Of a stretch of DNA of 30,735 bases, positions 25,191-30,735 are shown one piece after another. How positions within the stretch are numbered: position 1 is the stretch's first letter; every line of letters begins with the position of its first letter. The notes under the pieces were generated by a model. The model was given only the letters and a program-made list of their open reading frames with translations, had not been told where the DNA came from and searched no databases. Position numbers and translations under genes: made by a program. The stretch covers positions 1 to 30,735 of the forward strand of contig CAZEMY010000001.1 of assembly GCA_964513405.1 (NCBI GenBank), in the 5' to 3' direction. Origin of the DNA: an uncultured Desulfobulbaceae bacterium. GTDB lineage: Bacteria > Desulfobacterota > Desulfobulbia > Desulfobulbales > Desulfobulbaceae.

Positions 25191-25945
25191 TCGGTGCTGA
25201 AAATAGCCTCAACAAGTTCCTGTGGTGCATTGTCAAGACTGTCTTTCATGTTAATTACAGGTATACCTTCTCTTTCTGATCTTCTGATAGCCCTGGAATC
25301 AGGGAAGAATGCCGCCGGAGACTCGCCAAGCTCCCGAATGAGAAACTCCCTGTCTTCATCATCATGAACAAGATTACCGACAAAGGAAATCTCGGGGATT
25401 TGCACATCTTCAGCCATTCTTCTGATTTTCAGAGCCGTGCGAATACTGGAGCGGGATGGAATTACAACGATAAGAAGATGATCCGCTCCAGCCACTGTTC
25501 CCCTGCCAAGGTGTTCTACCCCGGCTTCCATATCAATAAGGACAGTTTCGTCTGCACTGAGAAGCATTTTTTTGAGCATTTTCCTTAAGAGATGGTTTTC
25601 CGGACAGGCACAGCCCCCTTCAGCTGTCTGGACGGCACCGAGTATCATCAGGCGGATTCCGTCCTTTTCAATCATAAAGTCACGGAGCAAATCATTGACT
25701 TCCGGGTTTATATTGTAAAAAGGTGAACCTGCTGTCTTCCCTGCCCGTTCGCTAAGGAGTGTGGTCATTTCGGAAATGGGTTTTGCCTTTTCAATGTCAT
25801 TTATTCCTATGGTTGCGGCCATATGAGGACTTGGGTCAGCGTCAATGACCAGCACGCTTCCCTGATTTTTGCGGATCTCTTTGGCAAGAAGAGCCATTAT
25901 GGTCGTTTTTCCCACTCCGCCTTTACCGCTGATTGCTATTTTCAT
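25145..25945 (-). CDS. cooC: CooC/AcsF nickel-insertion ATPase (CO dehydrogenase/ACS maturation)
   Basis: MKIAISGKGGVGKTT, VIDADP, GGCACPEN (CxC Ni site), DMEAGVEHLGRGT. Confidence 0.92.
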   Translation of the reverse strand: MKIAISGKGGVGKTTIMALLAKEIRKNQGSVLVIDADPSPHMAATIGINDIEKAKPISEMTTLLSERAGKTAGSPFYNINPEVNDLLRDFMIEKDGIRLMILGAVQTAEGGCACPENHLLRKMLKKMLLSADETVLIDMEAGVEHLGRGTVAGADHLLIVVIPSRSSIRTALKIRRMAEDVQIPEISFVGNLVHDDEDREFLIRELGESPAAFFPDSRAIRRSEREGIPVINMKDSLDNAPQELVEAIFSTDTRIQKPEARSQRTE

Positions 25946-26047
25946 CTTTTGTTACCGTCCTCTTTCTGTAACTGTTTTTTTGAGCAGTTGAATTACCAGA
26001 AAAAAAATCATTGCAGATTTTCGTCAAGATAGAGAGGTACTTTTTTC

Positions 26048-26077
26048 TTGCCACCAGTGAACTGGTTACACTATAAT
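26048..26077 (+). promoter_or_regulatory. Putative sigma70 promoter with palindromic operator in the spacer
   Basis: TTGCCA (26048-53), 18-nt spacer, TATAAT (26072-77); dyad ACCAGT-GA-ACTGGT at 26053-26066. Confidence 0.55.
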
Positions 26078-26157
26078 TGATAATAGTTAAGTTGGCTATG
26101 GAATTGAGTCTCTAATTGTCAATAGGCGTAAAGAAACAAATAATAATTTAAAAGATT

Positions 26158-26892
26158 ATGGAGGAGTTACACATGCAGGCAGAACAAAAAATTGGTGGCA
26201 CCACCGTCACTATCTCACAGGCCCGGCAGGCAGCATCAACGGTTTTTCTCGCCAAAGTGTTTAACTGGATGGCAGCAGGACTCGGTCTTACCGGGATTGT
26301 TGCCTGGTTGACTGCAAGTACAGGGCTGGCCATGGTTATTGCCGGAAGTCCGCTGATGATTGTTTTAATCCTGATCCAGCTTGGATTGGTGTTTTATCTT
26401 TCCGCCCGTATTGAAAAAATCCAACCTGCAACGGCAACCGGACTTTTTCTCGGTTATGCCGTCCTCAGTGGTCTGACCATGTCTGTTATTTTCCTGCTCT
26501 ATACCAGTGCCTCAATAGCCGCAACTTTTTTGATAACCGCTGGTATGTTTGGGGCCATGGCTGTTTACGGTATGGTCACAAAACGGGATCTTTCCGGGAT
26601 GGGGTCGTTCATGTTTATGGGGCTGATCGGGATTATCATTGCCACCATAGTAAATATATTTCTCCAGAGTTCCGCTCTTTACTGGACTATTTCAGTGATT
26701 GGGGTGATTGTCTTTGTTGGTTTAACCGCTTGGGATGTCCAGAAAATAAAAACCATGGGTGAACAGGGAATAATGGAGAGGGGAGAAGATGCCATCCGCA
26801 GGGGGGCAATTATCGGAGCATTGGCTCTTTATCTTGATTTTATCAACCTCTTTCTAATGTTGCTGCGTTTTTTTGGAAGTAACCGTAACTGA
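26158..26892 (+). CDS. Bax inhibitor-1/YccA family membrane protein (YbhL-like)
   Basis: About 7 TM helices; TKRDLSGMGSF, GLTAWDVQKIK, GALALYLDFINLFLMLLRFFG. Confidence 0.92.
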   Translation: MEELHMQAEQKIGGTTVTISQARQAASTVFLAKVFNWMAAGLGLTGIVAWLTASTGLAMVIAGSPLMIVLILIQLGLVFYLSARIEKIQPATATGLFLGYAVLSGLTMSVIFLLYTSASIAATFLITAGMFGAMAVYGMVTKRDLSGMGSFMFMGLIGIIIATIVNIFLQSSALYWTISVIGVIVFVGLTAWDVQKIKTMGEQGIMERGEDAIRRGAIIGALALYLDFINLFLMLLRFFGSNRN

Positions 26893-26957
26893 TTTATCCG
26901 ATAAAAGGCGGAGTGATATTGTCGGCCATTCTCTTGCTGGAGTTTTGCTTAAAAATG

Positions 26958-26987
26958 TTGACACTCTGTACGCGATTAGGGTAGATT
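26958..26987 (+). promoter_or_regulatory. Putative sigma70 promoter upstream of ppa
   Basis: TTGACA (26958-63), 18-nt spacer, TAGATT (26982-87). Confidence 0.5.
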
Positions 26988-27129
26988 AACAACGATAGGT
27001 GGGGCGAACCGTTTTGTCCGGTTGCCTCTTTTAATTTTTTCTTTGCATGGTTTGTATGTTTGTTTTTTTTTACAGGCTGGGCCAGAAAAATAAAGGAAAC
27101 AAAACACTTTTTAAGAGGAGAGATGACAG

Positions 27130-27657
27130 ATGCCAGATTTTAACAAAGTTTTGGAGCCGGGTGATTATCAACAAGGGTTAGTGAACACAGTAATAGAAAT
27201 CCCCATGGGTAGTGCCCATAAAGTTGAGTGGGATCGTAAGCGAGCCGCATTTATGCTGGACAGAGTTGAACCGAAAATCTTTGCCAAACCGGTAAATTAT
27301 GGTTTTATCCCTGGTACATTGGATGAGGATGGCGATGAACTCGATACTCTCGTGGTAACAGAAGAACCGTTACCAACAGGTATCTGGTTAGAGACTAAAA
27401 TACTCGGTATTATGAATTTTGAGGACGACGCCGAAATGGATTATAAGATAGTATGTGTACCGTCTGATGATCGTAACACCGGTGACAGCCTCAATACTCT
27501 TGCTGATCTCGGCACCCGTTGGCGGGAGCAGGTCGAGTATCATTTTTCTCACTACAAGGATCTTAAAAAGCCGGGTACGACAATCGTGCAGAGCTGGGGT
27601 GATGCTGAAGAAGCTAAAAAAATAATAAAAGAGTGTATAGATCGTTACAGTAAATAG
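27130..27657 (+). CDS. ppa: Family I soluble inorganic pyrophosphatase
   Basis: EIP, LDR, PVNYGFIPGTLDEDGDELD (D-x-D-x-x-D metal site), DYKIVCV, FSHYKDLK; RBS AGAGGAG. Confidence 0.93.
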   Translation: MPDFNKVLEPGDYQQGLVNTVIEIPMGSAHKVEWDRKRAAFMLDRVEPKIFAKPVNYGFIPGTLDEDGDELDTLVVTEEPLPTGIWLETKILGIMNFEDDAEMDYKIVCVPSDDRNTGDSLNTLADLGTRWREQVEYHFSHYKDLKKPGTTIVQSWGDAEEAKKIIKECIDRYSK

Positions 27658-27693
27658 TTTAGGGTTGTATTTTTAGATGTCTTAAGTACTTGC

Positions 27694-27731
27694 AAGGGGT
27701 AAACAGTTTTGTAAACTGTTTACCCCTTTTT
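27694..27731. terminator. Bidirectional intrinsic terminator between convergent ppa and hypothetical gene
   Basis: AAGGGGTAAACAGTTT-TGT-AAACTGTTTACCCCTT: perfect 16-bp stem followed by T run. Confidence 0.8.
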
Positions 27732-27760
27732 AAATTGGCCATCCTTCGCCTCCATTCCTG

Positions 27761-28768
27761 TTATCTTGCCTGATATTTTTCCATTAACTCGTAGAGCCTG
27801 TCAAGGTACCTTTCCTTGTGAATCAGCTGTCCGGATGCCTCTATCTCATTGATGAGCATTGGCAGTAAAGGCTTTATATTGATACCGTGCCGGTTAATGG
27901 CTTCCCGGTTTGCCTGATCAATCAGCAGGACAGCATAATAATTAACAAGCAGGCGGGTACGGGAATCTCTACGAAACATGTAGGATCGCCCCCCAACTGT
28001 ATTGAGGAAGAATCCGGCATAATCATACAGGGCATTCACTGTTGCCGGCTGGGACTTAAATGGATTGTCATCAAAGTTGGTTGCCTGTGATAATAAAAAT
28101 AAACCTGCTGCTGTATCCTCAATGCTATCCTGTTCCCTCTCAAGTATTGTTCTGATAATAATAGTATCTCTTGCTCCCGTAACCCGAAAGAAATGGGCTA
28201 TATTTTTGTGGAGAGTGTGCAGATCATCAAGTTCTCGGGATACTACCGGCGGATTGTTTAACAGCTTATCTGTTAGAGATAGAAAATATTGCTGTACTGG
28301 CTCACCAAGCTGAAAATCCTGTATATATTGTTGTTTCTCAAGGTGCTTGAAAAAAGATGATATTTGGAGCGAGGCCTTTTTGTATTGATTTCCTTCTTTT
28401 TCTGCTACCGGATCAGCAGAGATTATTTGAGATGTATCATCGGTACTCGCAGTGAAATCACCGCTTTGTTTGTCAGTTATAATCCCTTCCTGTTTTTCCA
28501 GGTGGTGGATAGGCGCTTGCTTTTCCCGTGCGTCTGGATCCGTGATTACGGTTGTTATTTCTTCTTTTGAATCAGCTGACTTTTGTGTTTCCTGGATTTG
28601 CAGAGGTGAGACCTGTTTATCACCAGGCGGCATGTGAAAAAAATAGAAACATGCTGCCAGGACAGGCATGATTATAGCCGTCAACAGGAGAATTATGAAT
28701 AGCGGTTTCCTATTCTTTTTTTGGCGGGTTTTTCTGAATTCCTGTGGGGCATGGGGGGGAGTAACCAT
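27761..28768 (-). CDS. Hypothetical single-pass membrane-anchored protein
   Basis: 335 aa; basic N-terminus, one TM helix (PLFIILLLTAIIMPVLAACFYFF), polar linker, then helical globular domain; fills the space between terminator and divergent ppaC region. Confidence 0.8.
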   Translation of the reverse strand: MVTPPHAPQEFRKTRQKKNRKPLFIILLLTAIIMPVLAACFYFFHMPPGDKQVSPLQIQETQKSADSKEEITTVITDPDAREKQAPIHHLEKQEGIITDKQSGDFTASTDDTSQIISADPVAEKEGNQYKKASLQISSFFKHLEKQQYIQDFQLGEPVQQYFLSLTDKLLNNPPVVSRELDDLHTLHKNIAHFFRVTGARDTIIIRTILEREQDSIEDTAAGLFLLSQATNFDDNPFKSQPATVNALYDYAGFFLNTVGGRSYMFRRDSRTRLLVNYYAVLLIDQANREAINRHGINIKPLLPMLINEIEASGQLIHKERYLDRLYELMEKYQAR

Positions 28769-28954
28769 GGTATATATCCTAGTAAAGCGTCATAGGTTCT
28801 TCTGAGGTAAAATAGTTTTGAAGGTAAATTTTTTATATAGCTGACTAATTATCCTTCTATTTATATAGAGTTGCAAATATATTTTTTTAATACCGTAACA
28901 TTGTAACCGAAAGAAGGGGAATGGGAAACAGAAAACATGGCAGGTGTCAGTCTA

Positions 28955-28982
28955 AAATAATGAGTGAATGCTCATTCTTTTT
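28955..28982. promoter_or_regulatory. Palindromic putative operator between divergent hypothetical gene and ppaC
   Basis: AAAATAATGAG-TGAATG-CTCATTCTTTT: 11-bp arms with one mismatch. Confidence 0.4.
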
Positions 28983-29029
28983 ATGTAGGCTAACATGCTT
29001 TTTTTGCAGGAAAAATTCATGTTTTATTC

Positions 29030-29058
29030 TTGACGGAGCCGGCTAAAAAGTCTAAACT
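29030..29058 (+). promoter_or_regulatory. Putative sigma70 promoter of ppaC
   Basis: TTGACG (29030-35), 17-nt spacer, TAAACT (29053-58). Confidence 0.6.
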
Positions 29059-29156
29059 TTCAAAGTTTACGATATATTGATGTTTCCAGAACACTGCTAG
29101 AAGGGACTGCCATTTTTGTGTAGTCTACCCCAAACTGTTTTAAGGAGGAGTAACCA

Positions 29157-30080
29157 ATGTCTATCCATGTAACCGGTCATAAAAATCCTGATACTGATTC
29201 CGTCACTGCTGCTATTGCTTATGCTGAGCTGCTGAAAGCTCAGGGAGAAGCTGCTGTTGCTGTCATGCAGGGTGAAATGAATCCGGAAACCATTACTGTT
29301 CTTGAGCGATTCGGGGTTGCTGCTCCCGAGATAATGACCGATGCCGGCGACAAGAAGATCGCCCTTGTTGACCATAGCGACCTTGCCCAGGCTCCGGATA
29401 ATCTCGGTTCTGACAGTGTAGTCGCCATTGTCGATCATCACAAAATTGGTGATGTAACCACTAACACCCCTATCTTCTGCATGGTAAAGCCTGTTGGCTG
29501 TACCGGCACGGTTCTTAAGCAGCTTTATGATAGTGAAGGCATTACTTTAGATAGTAAAGTCGCAGGGTTGCTGTTAGCTGCAATCTTAAGTGATACCGTA
29601 AATTTCAAGTCCCCCACCTGCACAGATGAGGACAAGAAAGCAGTTGCGGAGCTGGTGGAGATTTCCGGAGTATCTGATACAGATGGCTTATTTATGGAGA
29701 TGCTCAAGGCAAAGAGTGCTGTTGCCGGAGTTCCTGCACGAGACCTGCTCAACCGTGATTACAAAGATTTTGACATGAACGGTAAAAAGGTTGGCTGCGG
29801 TCAGTTAGAGCTGGCTGCTCTGGATCAGGTTGCTGAAATCAGGGATAATCTTATCGGAGCCATGAAAGAACAGAAAGGGGAAGGCGGTCATCATACCATT
29901 CTCCTGATGCTCACCGATGTTGTTAAGGAAGGAACCGATTTGATTGTGGTTTCTGATGATCCTTCTGTTGTTGAAAAAGCTTTTGACACCAAGTTAGATG
30001 GCGACTCCATGTGGATTCCCGGCATGATGAGCCGTAAAAAACAGACTGTACCTAACATGCAGAAGGCTTTTGGCTGCTAA
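29157..30080 (+). CDS. ppaC: Family II Mn-dependent inorganic pyrophosphatase (DHH + DHHA2, no CBS insert)
   Basis: GHKNPDTDS, LVDHS, IVDHHKIG, PVGCTGT, ILSDT, DYKDF, MMSRKKQ; strong RBS AGGAGGAG. Confidence 0.96.
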   Translation: MSIHVTGHKNPDTDSVTAAIAYAELLKAQGEAAVAVMQGEMNPETITVLERFGVAAPEIMTDAGDKKIALVDHSDLAQAPDNLGSDSVVAIVDHHKIGDVTTNTPIFCMVKPVGCTGTVLKQLYDSEGITLDSKVAGLLLAAILSDTVNFKSPTCTDEDKKAVAELVEISGVSDTDGLFMEMLKAKSAVAGVPARDLLNRDYKDFDMNGKKVGCGQLELAALDQVAEIRDNLIGAMKEQKGEGGHHTILLMLTDVVKEGTDLIVVSDDPSVVEKAFDTKLDGDSMWIPGMMSRKKQTVPNMQKAFGC

Positions 30081-30142
30081 TTTTATGTAGGTATTCGGAA
30101 CCACCGGATTTTGTACATTCATAGTCGATGAGTGGTGGAGAA

Positions 30143-30733
30143 TTAAGGCAGCCCTGGTAAGGGTTGCCTTTTTTTATTATTTTGACATGATGTTTCTCTG
30201 TTCGATTGGTTTGCCTGTCGCATGTTGTATTTGGTCTCGTTGAGTATTTTCTGGACGATGCTGTCTTTACTAAGGCTTCTACTAAGGGCAATAAATCTGT
30301 TTGTATATGTACAAGCCTCTTGTTTTTCTTCCTGCCCATTGTCAAGTTTACCTTCTTGGTTGTCCTCGCCCCGGAACTGGCAGGACAGGTTCTGACTCCA
30401 GTTAATCTCTAACATGCCAAGAAACTTTCCATTGGCAGAAGTTTGGAGGAGCAGGGTATTGTTTATGTTTTCTGGTATAGTATTGCCGCCTCTGTGTCCG
30501 GAATTTACAATTAAATTAATTTCTTTGAATTTTCCGGCTATTATCCGATTATTCTCTCTGCTGAGACTGGATAGAAGGATAATGATGTCAACCTGTTCTT
30601 CAAGTTTGCTCAAAACTTCCGGGAGGATATCATCCCAGGGCAGTATTTGCATGTCAGGATATTTTTTTTGTAAATATATTGGGAGGTTATCGGTAAGTCC
30701 AAGAATAGCAACTTGTAGGTCACCGGCTTGCAC
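30143..30733 (-). CDS. Partial (5' end outside window) 5'-nucleotidase/UshA-like metallophosphoesterase-fold protein
   Basis: VAILGLT..., VDIIILLSSL, INLIVNSGHRG, LLLQTSANGKFLGMLEI follow the UshA N-domain pattern with altered His ligands; frame is open to the window edge. Confidence 0.65.
   Translation of the reverse strand: MQAGDLQVAILGLTDNLPIYLQKKYPDMQILPWDDILPEVLSKLEEQVDIIILLSSLSRENNRIIAGKFKEINLIVNSGHRGGNTIPENINNTLLLQTSANGKFLGMLEINWSQNLSCQFRGEDNQEGKLDNGQEEKQEACTYTNRFIALSRSLSKDSIVQKILNETKYNMRQANQSNRETSCQNNKKRQPLPGLP
30145..30175 (+). terminator. Intrinsic terminator after ppaC
   Basis: AAGGCAGCCC-TGGTAA-GGGTTGCCTT followed by a T run. Confidence 0.75.
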
Positions 30734-30735
30734 AA

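Noticed and set aside
29059-29156. Fluoride (crcB) riboswitch in the ppaC leader
   Set aside because: Plausible by gene context, but the GGNGAUGG..UC.CC and UAAUGA..CUAC core elements are not present.

Overview
A 30.7 kb window of mostly housekeeping chromosome. The gene set (futalosine menaquinone genes mqnB/mqnD, a CooC nickel ATPase, a MesB-like core methionine synthase, a sigma-54 response regulator, a family II PPase) suggests an anaerobic Desulfobacterota, probably Desulfobulbales; this is inferred, not searched. Gene order: lysC-cimA; an AT-rich accessory islet at about 3.08-4.50 kb (hicB, truncated hicA, frameshifted TIGR01777-type epimerase fragment, half-attC-like site, PIN/DUF6364 toxin-antitoxin pair); core methionine synthase; rlmD; NtrC-family regulator; PAS-GGDEF cyclase; class I/II aminotransferase; grpE-dnaK (no dnaJ); trpS; Na/Pi cotransporter; queA; mqnB-mqnD-mobB/mobA fusion-bpt-capD-like; cooC; Bax inhibitor-1 protein; family I PPase; membrane-anchored hypothetical protein; family II PPase; and a partial UshA-like gene. 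The most unusual non-genic signal is a recurring junction element of CAG-phased 7-bp repeats facing CTG-phased 7-bp repeats. It has three clear copies and one degenerate copy; two carry GNA-triloop mini-hairpins, and in two it supplies the C-terminus of the neighbouring gene. There are also three long palindromes (56, 137 and 60 bp). No rRNA, tRNA, CRISPR array, transposase or integrase was seen.
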